Positions 39,744 to 49,121 of a DNA stretch of 51,154 bases are shown here, piece by piece; positions within the stretch are counted from its first letter, which is position 1; each line of letters opens with the position of its first letter. Under the pieces are notes generated by a model. The model made no database searches, was not told where the DNA came from, and worked only from the letters and a program-made list of their open reading frames with translations. The translations under genes and the position numbers were made by a program. This stretch comes from Bacteriovoracaceae bacterium (GTDB lineage: Bacteria > Bdellovibrionota > Bacteriovoracia > Bacteriovoracales > Bacteriovoracaceae). The stretch covers positions 1-51,154 of the forward strand of contig JBKJNQ010000152.1 of the NCBI GenBank assembly GCA_046593575.1, given 5' to 3'.

Positions 39744-40991
39744 TTATTTTTTCTGAGGATACATGTGTGAGTAATAGAATTCCATCACGTTCTTGGCGAG
39801 AAGCGGGGATTTTATGTACCACTTTTTCTGGTTCACGATCATGACACAGATAGAAATACCCTTGTCGTTCTTTTCTTCCAGGGATTTAGCGTAGCTGACA
39901 AACCAGTCGCGTTTTCCATAGGGCTCGCCACCGGTCAGACTTCCGGTCTTACCACCAATCTCAAGTTTTGAGAGGAGATACTGGCTTCTGCGGAATGAAG
40001 ACCGAGCAGTTCCCTGAGTGATGGTCGCCATGAAGAGAGTCCGGAGATCTTCCGCCGTCTGCGGCGTGAGGACCAATTCATCTTTCTTCAGCGGAGGGTA
40101 GATCTGTTTCTGATCCTTAATACTTTCAAGAGACTTGATCGCAACCGGATATCTAAGAACTCCGCCATTGGCGACAACTGAAGCAATCACAGCGCCATGA
40201 ACAGGACTCATCATTGTATGGTTATTGAGACCTGAAGAAAGTTCAGCGAGATTATACTGATCTTTTGCCATGACAAAAACGGAAGGTTCTAGATTAATTC
40301 CTTCTACGAGTTTCTTATTGAAGCCGAAGCGCTCGGCCATCTTTTTCAAACCAGCAGGTGTCAGATTCTCAAGGGCCGTGCGACCAAAGATAACGTTGTT
40401 CGATGTGGCAAAAGCTTTTTCAAAATCAAGGCTTCTCACCCAGCGTCTCTGAGGTGGCTCTTTCAACTGATGACGATACAGAGTGGTTGAGCGTCCAGTG
40501 AAACTGAATTCCGTGGAAGTCTTGATGTGCGTGTTCTCAAGAAGATCAGCCGCAGTAATGACTTTAAAAATACTCGCTGCCGGATGCGTTGTGGAGAAAG
40601 CAAGGTCGCGGCCGAAAACGTGCTTAGCGCGCGAGTAATCAACGGCAGCAATTATGTTTCCGGTTTCGTTGTCGAGGACAACAACAGAAGTATAGTCCGG
40701 ACGATAGAGAGCGAGCTGCTTCTTGATAAAGTCTTCAAGCTCTTCGTGGAATGTATATTTGATATTGTAGCGAGAGTTATCGTAATCAACCTGCTCAACC
40801 CAGCTCTGGTGTTTTGAGAGGATCTTAGACCACTCATCTTGCTGCTCTTCATTTGGCTTAATCGGAACGGCCGGAGAATCCCAAAGAGTATTATCTTTAA
40901 TGAAGTAGAGATTGGCCCACGACGGAAGAGTCGCGAGTATCGATACTCCCAGAAAGAGGAAAGCTTTGCGGTTTAAGTCCTTGAAAACCAT
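39744..40991 (-). CDS. penicillin-binding protein, transpeptidase domain only
   Basis: SxxK (ASIFK), SxN (SNN) and KTG (GKTGS) motifs after an N-terminal hydrophobic segment. Start set at ATG 40991. Confidence 0.88.
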   Translation of the reverse strand: MVFKDLNRKAFLFLGVSILATLPSWANLYFIKDNTLWDSPAVPIKPNEEQQDEWSKILSKHQSWVEQVDYDNSRYNIKYTFHEELEDFIKKQLALYRPDYTSVVVLDNETGNIIAAVDYSRAKHVFGRDLAFSTTHPAASIFKVITAADLLENTHIKTSTEFSFTGRSTTLYRHQLKEPPQRRWVRSLDFEKAFATSNNVIFGRTALENLTPAGLKKMAERFGFNKKLVEGINLEPSVFVMAKDQYNLAELSSGLNNHTMMSPVHGAVIASVVANGGVLRYPVAIKSLESIKDQKQIYPPLKKDELVLTPQTAEDLRTLFMATITQGTARSSFRRSQYLLSKLEIGGKTGSLTGGEPYGKRDWFVSYAKSLEEKNDKGISICVMIVNQKKWYIKSPLLAKNVMEFYYSHMYPQKK

Positions 40992-40998
40992 GTAAGGA

Positions 40999-41595
40999 TT
41001 ATGCCTTAAAGTTCTTTCCAATGACAAAAAATTCTTTACTGACGGATCTGGTAGATTTTGGCTTCAAGTAATGGAATTCGCTGAATAGATTTTTCTGCGT
41101 TTTGAGATATTCCTGAGCATCGTGAGAATCAAAGACTTTAATCACAAAATTTCCTCCAGGACGAAGAAATTTCGGAAGAAGAGTGAAAACCGATTCTACG
41201 AGATTAAGACTTTTAATTTGATCAACGGACTTAATCCCTGTCGTATTTGGCGCCATGTCAGACAAAACCGCATCGAAATTTTCTTCCACATCAAGTTGCT
41301 TCAGATCCTGGATATCGAAAATATCTTTTTGGTAAACGCGAACATTCGGAATGCCGGTGAGTTTCTTGTTCACTTCACGAACATCAATCCCGACCACGCG
41401 ACCTTTGTCACCAACGATGGAGCTCGCATACTGAATCCATGATCCCGGATGATAACCAAAATCCACAACAAACATTCCGGGCTTCAGGACTTTATACTTT
41501 TCATCAATCTCTTCGAGCTTGTAGACGGAGCGAGCGAGAAAGTTCTCACTCTTGGCCTTGTGAAAATAGTGGTCTTTGACCTTGAAATTACCCAT
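40999..41595 (-). CDS. rlmE: 23S rRNA Um2552 methyltransferase
   Basis: DHYFHKAK, ARSVYKLEEID, PGSW, LSDMAPNTTG, FVIKVF and KPKSTRSVSKE. Confidence 0.93.
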   Translation of the reverse strand: MGNFKVKDHYFHKAKSENFLARSVYKLEEIDEKYKVLKPGMFVVDFGYHPGSWIQYASSIVGDKGRVVGIDVREVNKKLTGIPNVRVYQKDIFDIQDLKQLDVEENFDAVLSDMAPNTTGIKSVDQIKSLNLVESVFTLLPKFLRPGGNFVIKVFDSHDAQEYLKTQKNLFSEFHYLKPKSTRSVSKEFFVIGKNFKA

Positions 41596-41674
41596 GGCTC
41601 TATCTATCAATCTTCCCCGCTTTTGTCCCTAAAATCAGGACCTTCGTCCACCTGACTGTAGACCTCGGAATAGT

Positions 41675-41702
41675 TCAAGGTTTTTAGGTATTTAGCCGAA
41701 AA
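41675..41702 (+). promoter_or_regulatory. candidate sigma28 (FliA) promoter
   Basis: TCAAG-N15-GCCGAAAA, ending 17 nt before the ATG at 41720. Resembles TAAAG-N14-GCCGATAA. Confidence 0.5.
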
Positions 41703-41719
41703 GACTGACAGGTAAAACT

Positions 41720-44470
41720 ATGTCTTTATTGAAGGCTTTCATACTAGCGTTCCTGATATTTCCGGCCATCGCGCCGGCGGTAACTTCAATTTCAGAAATT
41801 GATCCCACTTCGGATCCGTGCGAACAACCAGGGACAGTACCAGTACTTTCAATCGATCAATTGATTCCGCGTTGTCTTTCTGGGCGCACGCGACCCACGA
41901 GTGCCTCCGAACTTATCAGAACAGATCTCACAACCTGCGATTGTTTAGAGAACCAACACGCAGTTATGCCTCCTCTGCGACCAGTATCCGCGCAGGAAAA
42001 TGCTGAGAGCGTAGCTCGTACTATTCAAAGCATGACGGACGGAGTGAATAGAACTTACCGAAATACTCTCGCCCTGAGTGCTCTGGCGAGTGCAACCAAT
42101 GACAGGCATGCTGAAACAGAACTCATGACTCTTGCGGGATCGCAGATTGGTGTTTTGGAAAAAAGTCTTTCCAAGAACAATCAAGTGACACAAAAAGCAC
42201 CTCCATTGAGTGGTGTCGCAGAAATGTCAGGCAAGCTTGCAGACATGAATTTAATTTCTCTACAAAATTCCAATACACAGTGTGTGACTTATCTCGAATA
42301 CAGTTCCCAGCGTGAACTTCCCTACGACAATAGTTTTTTTACTTTCCTCCAATCGGCAAGTTTCAATGCCAGTGACTGGAAAATAGATGACCTTCGTCTC
42401 GCTTACGACTCTGCAACCGAGGAAGCCAGGCCCGCCATTCTTTCAAGAATGATTTTTCTCTCCAGGAATCCGCAGTTTCAGGGACTTCTCAATGCCTCGC
42501 CGACAACGGAATTTCCCGCAGAAGTGATTAACCGCAGACAGCGTGAGTTTTTCAATCTCCTGAAGACACTCGCACCACCGGCAAATTCTCAGTGCGGTGG
42601 CCGTGCTAATGGTTGTTGGGAAGAAGTGCAGAGAAACGGAAGCTATCCCCAGTTTAAACAGAACGCCGATACATTTCTCCGGACAAATGAAGTGACGGAT
42701 ATCGTGAGCATGCAATCGCGGGATCTTTACCGGCAGGAAATCATCCGCATCTCGGATAACCTTCAAACTGAATCCGGAATGGTTTTTTCACCGGAAGGTT
42801 ACTTCAGTTATCTCGAAGCGCAGAATCCCGATCTCGCATTCGGTTGTTCGGGCACGAACGTGAGTTCATCTTGCTACGAGCGTTTTACGATGCATTGTTT
42901 TCAGGTCAGGGCGATCAACACCAGAATCATCAATGGAATTAAAAGAAATGGTGCTGACGTCATTCGCGAACTTATTTCTGAACAGATTACCCATGGTCGT
43001 CTGGACCCTCAGCAAAACATGAACTTTGAAACATTCAATGACATGGTTTGCAAACACCGTTATTCAAATCCAGCGGGCGAACAGCTTAGCTTCTTTGAAT
43101 ACCGCTCGCGATCTTGCCCGGGAAATGGCAATGATCTTCCTGAGTGCTCGGACCGACGCCGCCTTCTTCATAGGTTTACTGCTGAATTTAGATCTGGTGG
43201 AGAAGTGGCAGAACAAAGTATCCGGAATGGTTTCGGTGAATCTCTTACGACAAGAACTTTGGCCAGCGTTTCAAGAACACAGATTGAAGCCGCGAATCGG
43301 ATCACTGAAACTCCACGAGAACTTCGCGCGCGCTTTAATGGAGGTTATCCGACAGTTTCACCTCAGGGACAGCTCGTGCCTTTTGTCCCGGGTAGAACGT
43401 CCAACACGACTTCAGTCGCTTCTTCGTCATCAAATGTTGCTGGAACAGCACCACTTGTATCTTCGGCGCCAGTCAGTGCCGCGACTTCAGGAAGTGATGC
43501 TGCAGCCTCATCATCTGAAAACAGATCCGCTCGTCAGCCTTCGCGTCAGGACAGATCTTTCAATGAAACGAGTCCTTCAACAAATTCTGAATCCCGGATT
43601 CCGGAAAGATCACAAAACTCAGCTGACCCCTTTGCCTCACTAAGGCGAACATCAAGAAATCTTCCTCTCGCGCCAGTGCTTCAGCCCCAGGTAATTCCGG
43701 CGGAAAGAACTGTAGTGCCAGATCGTTCACCGGCATCAGCAGTTGAGAGAACAGCGGCTTCCTTAGTTCCAGGTGTTGCCACAGCACTGGCCACCAGGAC
43801 GGAAACTCCCGCCCCAAGTCCAACTTCAGAAGCAAGTGCTGTTCCTGTTGCAAGTGGACGACCGCTCGTCCAGGTCGCACCAAGAAGAAGATCAAACGCA
43901 TTTAACCAGAATGCTCTCCTGGATATTTATCAAAACGCTGATCGAAGAGTGACACCAGTTGTTTCAACGGACAATGCTCCCGTAATTCCCGTCAGAACAA
44001 ATGATGATATTCTCTCGCGCGCCTTGAATGATCCTCAGATCCTTGCAACCGATGCCAGTATCATGGATAAAGTCGCCAGCTCCGATGAAACAGTAGTGAG
44101 ACTGGGGCTTAGGTCTGCTGCTGACGACGAAGACATTGTGGTCTATGCCACCAAGACAGAAGGAAAAGTTCAGTTTTCTTTTGTTGCTCCGGAAATCAAT
44201 AACCCCGCCCGTGCACCGGCCTCACTTGGCGAGAATGAAATGAATGTACGGCTCGTTCCGGATATTTATTCTCAGGTCGCGAGAAATCCCGACCGTCTGA
44301 AAAACTATGAAGAAGTCATGAGAAATGCCATGAACCTTCCCGGCGATGTCGTAAGGATGAACATAGTTTCTCCATCCGGGGAAAGCCAGACGTTCTACCT
44401 CGATAAGAGAGGACCTAGTCCGCGAATTACCGCTGACGATGCAGCTGTCATCCGTGCTTACTCTCCTTAG
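41720..44470 (+). CDS. large secreted hypothetical protein (916 aa)
   Basis: Signal peptide, Cys-containing N-terminal half, S/A/P/R-rich linker and two C-terminal repeats. Confidence 0.85.
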   Translation: MSLLKAFILAFLIFPAIAPAVTSISEIDPTSDPCEQPGTVPVLSIDQLIPRCLSGRTRPTSASELIRTDLTTCDCLENQHAVMPPLRPVSAQENAESVARTIQSMTDGVNRTYRNTLALSALASATNDRHAETELMTLAGSQIGVLEKSLSKNNQVTQKAPPLSGVAEMSGKLADMNLISLQNSNTQCVTYLEYSSQRELPYDNSFFTFLQSASFNASDWKIDDLRLAYDSATEEARPAILSRMIFLSRNPQFQGLLNASPTTEFPAEVINRRQREFFNLLKTLAPPANSQCGGRANGCWEEVQRNGSYPQFKQNADTFLRTNEVTDIVSMQSRDLYRQEIIRISDNLQTESGMVFSPEGYFSYLEAQNPDLAFGCSGTNVSSSCYERFTMHCFQVRAINTRIINGIKRNGADVIRELISEQITHGRLDPQQNMNFETFNDMVCKHRYSNPAGEQLSFFEYRSRSCPGNGNDLPECSDRRRLLHRFTAEFRSGGEVAEQSIRNGFGESLTTRTLASVSRTQIEAANRITETPRELRARFNGGYPTVSPQGQLVPFVPGRTSNTTSVASSSSNVAGTAPLVSSAPVSAATSGSDAAASSSENRSARQPSRQDRSFNETSPSTNSESRIPERSQNSADPFASLRRTSRNLPLAPVLQPQVIPAERTVVPDRSPASAVERTAASLVPGVATALATRTETPAPSPTSEASAVPVASGRPLVQVAPRRRSNAFNQNALLDIYQNADRRVTPVVSTDNAPVIPVRTNDDILSRALNDPQILATDASIMDKVASSDETVVRLGLRSAADDEDIVVYATKTEGKVQFSFVAPEINNPARAPASLGENEMNVRLVPDIYSQVARNPDRLKNYEEVMRNAMNLPGDVVRMNIVSPSGESQTFYLDKRGPSPRITADDAAVIRAYSP

Positions 44471-44488
44471 ATATGCTACAATTTGCCT

Positions 44489-45208
44489 ATGAAAAAATCC
44501 GATCTCGCCCTCACTGTCGTTGAACGACTGAGAAAAGTTCATCCCGATGCTCATTGCGAGCTCAATCACTCAAACCCTTTTGAGCTTTTATTAGCAACCA
44601 TTCTTTCTGCCCAGTGTACGGATGCCAGAGTGAACATGGTTACCCCCGCTCTTTTTAAAAAGTACCCTACTCCACAAAAACTTGCGAAAGCTCCCCTTGC
44701 CGATGTTCAGGAACTTATTAAGTCGATCAACTTCTTTAACAACAAAGCCAAGAGTCTTCTTGGTTGCGCTCAGATGCTGGTGGAAAAGTTCAAGGGGGAA
44801 ATTCCAAAAACAGTGGAAGAGCTCGAGGAATTACCCGGTGTCGGAAGAAAAACCGCGAATGTTGTTCTGGGAAATGCTTTTAACATCAACACCGGCATCG
44901 TCGTTGATACACACGTGAAAAGAACCGCTCACCTTCTGGGTCTTACGAAGGAAACTGATCCCGCAAAAGTTGAAGTCGATCTCATGAAACTCTTTCCCCA
45001 AGAAGACTGGTGCGATCTTTCTCATCTTCTTATTTTTCTTGGACGAAGAACATGCATTGCTAACCGCCCACAATGCGATCTTTGCAATTTGAAAGATGTT
45101 TGTCCTTCCAGTGGAAAGTTTATGAAGAAAAAAGCTGCGAAAGCTCAGGGAAAAGTGTCGGGTGGCACCAAAGGAGTGGCGGCTCGTAAAACTTCTCGAC
45201 CTTTGTGA
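44489..45208 (+). CDS. nth: endonuclease III
   Basis: PFELLLATILSAQCTD, HhH motif LPGVGRKTANVVL, VDTHV and the C-x6-C-x2-C-x5-C Fe-S motif. Confidence 0.96.
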   Translation: MKKSDLALTVVERLRKVHPDAHCELNHSNPFELLLATILSAQCTDARVNMVTPALFKKYPTPQKLAKAPLADVQELIKSINFFNNKAKSLLGCAQMLVEKFKGEIPKTVEELEELPGVGRKTANVVLGNAFNINTGIVVDTHVKRTAHLLGLTKETDPAKVEVDLMKLFPQEDWCDLSHLLIFLGRRTCIANRPQCDLCNLKDVCPSSGKFMKKKAAKAQGKVSGGTKGVAARKTSRPL

Positions 45209-45857
45209 CCTTCACTCCTTTCGAGTAAAACTCAAGTCCCGCTTTTTTGCAGAGAAGGCTTCCTCCGGCGATATCCCAGATATTTTTCGGGGTCATACTG
45301 ATCACAAAATCAATTTTCCCCTGCGACAGTTTACCAAGCTTGTAAGCAATACTTCCCCGCGGAGTAAGTTCAAATTTTCCCGGAGAAAAGTTTCGATAAA
45401 GGCCCTGTGAAAATTCAGAACGTGAAGCTTCTCCCCTCATCACGGACTTTGGTGAGAATGAAATGACATTTTTCATGCTAAAAACTTCATTGGTCACGGG
45501 ATTTGCAACCCACCCTTCACCTTCGAAGTTTTCATTCTCAAAAATTCCAATCGATATGGCCCACTCGGGTCTTTGCTCAATGTATTCTTTGGTTCCATCA
45601 AGCGGATCAAGAGCGAGAAGCGGAAATTTCCACTCATCGAATTTCTCCTCTGAGTAAAAACAGCAATCAGCAAATTTTTGTGAAGAGATCTTCTCAATTC
45701 TCTCGGAAAGGGCCAGATCGAGTTCCGTAACAGGAGAACCATCAGGCTTGAAAGTCATGACAGGAATTTGATAGTTGTTAAGATCACTTTGAATGTCAGA
45801 AAGATGCAGAAACATTATGTCAGCTAAATTTCGATCGTATAAAAAAAATTCATCCAC
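45120..45857 (-). CDS. inositol monophosphatase / CysQ-family phosphatase
   Basis: KPDGSPVTELD, SEE, LDPLDGTKEY, GSIAYK and WDIAGG. Start uncertain (45857 GTG or 45815 ATG). Confidence 0.88.
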   Translation of the reverse strand: MDEFFLYDRNLADIMFLHLSDIQSDLNNYQIPVMTFKPDGSPVTELDLALSERIEKISSQKFADCCFYSEEKFDEWKFPLLALDPLDGTKEYIEQRPEWAISIGIFENENFEGEGWVANPVTNEVFSMKNVISFSPKSVMRGEASRSEFSQGLYRNFSPGKFELTPRGSIAYKLGKLSQGKIDFVISMTPKNIWDIAGGSLLCKKAGLEFYSKGVKVTKVEKFYEPPLLWCHPTLFPELSQLFSS

Positions 45858-46019
45858 AAATACACCCTAGTTTTCCACAATGTTTTTTATTTTCCACTCT
45901 TACATTACCGTCTGCAGCATTCAATTCTTCAAAGTAAAAACAGTTACATAAAAAAGGGGAACTTGCGTTCCCCTTACAATCCACAAAACGGGAATTGTTG
46001 ACAAGAATAGTTTTCCCCA
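45850..46019. promoter_or_regulatory. cluster of DnaA-box-like 9-mers
   Basis: TCATCCACA (45850), TTTTCCACA (45871), TTTTCCACT (45890), CAATCCACA (45977), reverse-strand TTGTCAACA (45996) and TTTTCCCCA (46011). Confidence 0.45.
45949..45975 (-). terminator. intrinsic terminator
   Basis: AAGGGGAAC-GCAA-GTTCCCCTT followed by TTTT on the minus strand (GNRA loop), downstream of the small ORF 46027-46305. Confidence 0.8.
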
Positions 46020-46026
46020 ATCCTTG

Positions 46027-46305
46027 TTAACCGGCCTCATGCGTGGCGAGCATTTCTATCCAGCCTTCTTGAGACATGGACAGTGCGAAAACTCCGTCGG
46101 AATCTTCGGCCATTTCATCAACCACATTCGTTACGAGTTTAACTCCTGAGGAGTCAACGTAAACGAAGGCCTGATCATGTAGGGGGGACGTTTGAGAGGC
46201 GAAGTGCGAATAACAGGACGAGAAATCTTTAAAAACAGTAGCCGTTAAGGGTGCCTTGTACAAAAGTCCTCCTTGAAGCCAAAAGGGAGAATCCATTCCT
46301 CCCAT
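46027..46305 (-). CDS. small acidic hypothetical protein (~90 aa)
   Basis: Only ORF in the gap. Extended -10 (TGcTACACT) just upstream and a terminator downstream. Start at 46305 or 46296. Confidence 0.55.
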   Translation of the reverse strand: MGGMDSPFWLQGGLLYKAPLTATVFKDFSSCYSHFASQTSPLHDQAFVYVDSSGVKLVTNVVDEMAEDSDGVFALSMSQEGWIEMLATHEAG

Positions 46306-46523
46306 TTCTCTCTTACAGTGTAGCAAGTTTAGAGAATTCGGTGCAAAAGAAATAATGAAAATGTAAGTAATTTTGAGGTCTTAACTCATCGCTAACGAAG
46401 GGATTTTGTCGGTTGAATGTCTCTGCCTTGGATTTATGGCTGAAAACCTCGCAGGATTAATTCATCACGCTGATATTTCAGCGAATCGAAAATCTTCCGC
46501 ACGAATGAATCTATACTGTCTTC

Positions 46524-47585
46524 ATGCTACAAATTTTCCTTCTCTGCCTATCGCTCTTCACCCATGCGTCGACTGTCGTGGAACGCCAGAATGCACTCCT
46601 CCTCGATACTCTGCGCTCTTCTGAAGCTGAAGTTCATGGCATGTTTCACATGGATCGTTCGGTAAATCTTTTCCACGAGAATGGATTACTTTCAAAAGAT
46701 CTGACTATTCCTCAAAATCGGGAGCTGGGATTCTCACTGAATGATACCGGCATCCAAATTTTTTCCCGGGATGCGATGGTGATGACTGTCTCGGGCATAA
46801 CTTTCAATTTGAGAGAAATTGCCTATGACGAAAGGACAGGGTTCTCGGTGCGTGCGAATTCTTCGCTTTGGGGAAATCTTGGTGGAAATGAAGTAGGCAA
46901 TGAAGTTAAGAATGTCCTTGAGGAGCGCTACGGTCAAAAAATGCGGACAGCATTTCTGCAGCTAAAACAACTGCGTCGTCAGAGAAACTTGAACGATGCC
47001 AATGTTCTCATTCAGAACATCATGGGAATTTTTAAAGAACCGGCCAACGGTCAACCCGATCCTTTCAGAAATGTTGGTATCACAGGAACAGTGACCGCCA
47101 CTATTACCGCCAGAAGAAGTGCGAATCTAGATTTTGGTGAAGCTCAAATGCAGATCAGACCCGGTAGTTCACTGGCGGCATCGACTGACTTTAGTTTACG
47201 GCAAAATAATTTTCATATTAATAACATCCGTCTCGATGCCAGTCAGATCAATGTCTTTCCCACCCACGAGAGACCCGATGGAGTTGTTCGCGTGACTGGT
47301 GCTCATGTCAGCCTCACTGAAGAAGGTCTCACGACATTGTTTGATACTCCCGCTGAGGGCGAAGTGATGACGATTGCGCTAGCTGTTTCCTGGCTTTCTA
47401 ATGTCGCGCGTGCGGGCACACTAGCGACCGGAGTCATCTGTCCCCCCTCCAATCGTGTGCAATTCATCCAGGACATGATTAGTGATCGCGTGCGTCCTCA
47501 GCTGGCGACAATGATCAGACAGCATAGACAGCAGTTTCTCACTGCTGGAGTTGATGCTCAGATCCTGAATGCTCTTGATGGCTGA
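46524..47585 (+). CDS. secreted hypothetical protein (353 aa)
   Basis: Signal peptide MLQIFLLCLSLFTHA|S, and TATACT-N6-ATG upstream. Confidence 0.8.
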   Translation: MLQIFLLCLSLFTHASTVVERQNALLLDTLRSSEAEVHGMFHMDRSVNLFHENGLLSKDLTIPQNRELGFSLNDTGIQIFSRDAMVMTVSGITFNLREIAYDERTGFSVRANSSLWGNLGGNEVGNEVKNVLEERYGQKMRTAFLQLKQLRRQRNLNDANVLIQNIMGIFKEPANGQPDPFRNVGITGTVTATITARRSANLDFGEAQMQIRPGSSLAASTDFSLRQNNFHINNIRLDASQINVFPTHERPDGVVRVTGAHVSLTEEGLTTLFDTPAEGEVMTIALAVSWLSNVARAGTLATGVICPPSNRVQFIQDMISDRVRPQLATMIRQHRQQFLTAGVDAQILNALDG

Positions 47586-49121
47586 TCAACGCTTGAGAAT
47601 TTCCACGATATCCGGCGGCGAGTGATAGAACTCATAAATCATTCTTACTCTTGCCTCAAAGTGGGAATCAAGTAAGCACACCAGAACATACACGAGATAG
47701 ATGAAGTTCCTGCGTGAACGAAGTCGGCTGATAGTCTGAAAGATCCATTCAAGCGGCAGGATGCAGAGAAAGACCACAAACCACAACAGACCAAAGCTCA
47801 CCATCAGATTCTTCTCAACGAAGAATGCTAAGAGAATGAGAATAGAGACGAGAATAACCAGCTCCCGCAATCTTTTCACATCGACAGTGAAGGTACTCAA
47901 GAGCTTTGACTTCGGCTTGCCGATAATCATAAGAAGGGCCGCCAGGCCGATAACTGAAAGCGAATAGAAAGATTTTCTTTTCAACAGATGACTTACCCAC
48001 GAAACCATTTGCTCCCATGTGGCACCATCATTAAAGAACCTGAGATCCACGTGGGTCAGCAGTGTGATGAGAATAAGAAACAATCCAAGAAAGGTATATT
48101 TCACAAACTGAACGCGGTACCAGTCGGTATGCTCTTCCAGAAAGAAAAAATAAAGAAGGATTAGACCAATCGGGAAGAGAAAGAAGTGATTGTAATTGAG
48201 GACAACTCCTATGTAGCAAAGAAGCCCGAACATGAGGCCCGACCGGTAAGTGGCACTCTTGATACACCAGAGAATTCCCCACACCCATAAGACAGAAAAA
48301 GTTGTTGAGGAACAGGCAAAGAGATCGCGCTTCATAAAAAGGGAGAATGACCACGTAGAGACCAGGGCAAAAATACCCAGGATCGAAAGTCTTCTCGAGA
48401 TAAAAAACCTTAGGATCCCATAGAACGCGAGAAGATAAAAAATGAAGGAAACAAAATACAGATACATGCTCCAACCAAGATTCACCAGATGGGGAAATCT
48501 TCGGAAAGGAAAAAAGTTCATCTGGAGATAACTCCAGAGCTGACCATTAATTTTTTCGCCTGGATCAATGACTAACTTAAAAGTTTCAAGGTTCGAGAGA
48601 AAAGGAAAGCTGGGCATCGAGAAAACAAAAATTACAATCGAAAGAAAGAGAACGGTCTTTTCGAATGCATCAAGATACCGGTACTCAGTGAACTGAGTAG
48701 AAACGGACTCTTCAATAATTTTCCCGCGCGTGGGCCAGGAATAGAACACTCCAATCAGAGCAAAGAAGCCCCAGAAGAAGTGACGGACAATCGAGTCCGG
48801 AATGAAGGACATGATGTTGAAAATGATCATCATGGTCGCCGAACCGATGATCACACGATAGAGAACGCGATCAATCGAAGAGTTCGCACGAAAGTAAATC
48901 CTTAGGCGATGATCGATCTCTTTACCCAGAAGATACCACTGGCCGGCCATGAACAATAAGTAGAGCAAAACCATCAGGCTTTGGACGAAGATATTGATTT
49001 CCAGGGTCTTAGGAATCCAGACGGGAAGGAGTAAGAAGGAAAAGTACGTAAGTAGCCGGGTTATAAAGAATTTAGACTTTTCCCACCAGATATTTGAGCT
49101 AATTGCTAAAGTATCATTCAT
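47586..49121 (-). CDS. polytopic membrane protein, possibly a degenerate GT-C (ArnT/PMT-like) fold
   Basis: 511 aa with about 13-15 hydrophobic segments. The family assignment is only a pattern impression. Confidence 0.7.
   Translation of the reverse strand: MNDTLAISSNIWWEKSKFFITRLLTYFSFLLLPVWIPKTLEINIFVQSLMVLLYLLFMAGQWYLLGKEIDHRLRIYFRANSSIDRVLYRVIIGSATMMIIFNIMSFIPDSIVRHFFWGFFALIGVFYSWPTRGKIIEESVSTQFTEYRYLDAFEKTVLFLSIVIFVFSMPSFPFLSNLETFKLVIDPGEKINGQLWSYLQMNFFPFRRFPHLVNLGWSMYLYFVSFIFYLLAFYGILRFFISRRLSILGIFALVSTWSFSLFMKRDLFACSSTTFSVLWVWGILWCIKSATYRSGLMFGLLCYIGVVLNYNHFFLFPIGLILLYFFFLEEHTDWYRVQFVKYTFLGLFLILITLLTHVDLRFFNDGATWEQMVSWVSHLLKRKSFYSLSVIGLAALLMIIGKPKSKLLSTFTVDVKRLRELVILVSILILLAFFVEKNLMVSFGLLWFVVFLCILPLEWIFQTISRLRSRRNFIYLVYVLVCLLDSHFEARVRMIYEFYHSPPDIVEILKR

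Noticed and set aside
43026-43901. Alternative-frame ORFs (205 aa plus strand, 113 aa minus strand) inside the 916-aa gene
   Set aside because: Shadow ORFs of a low-complexity region, with no motifs or initiation signals.
45850-46400. Firm call of oriC
   Set aside because: No dnaA/dnaN/gidA context, no clear DnaA-trio or unwinding element, and skew cannot be judged from this window. Kept only as a box cluster.
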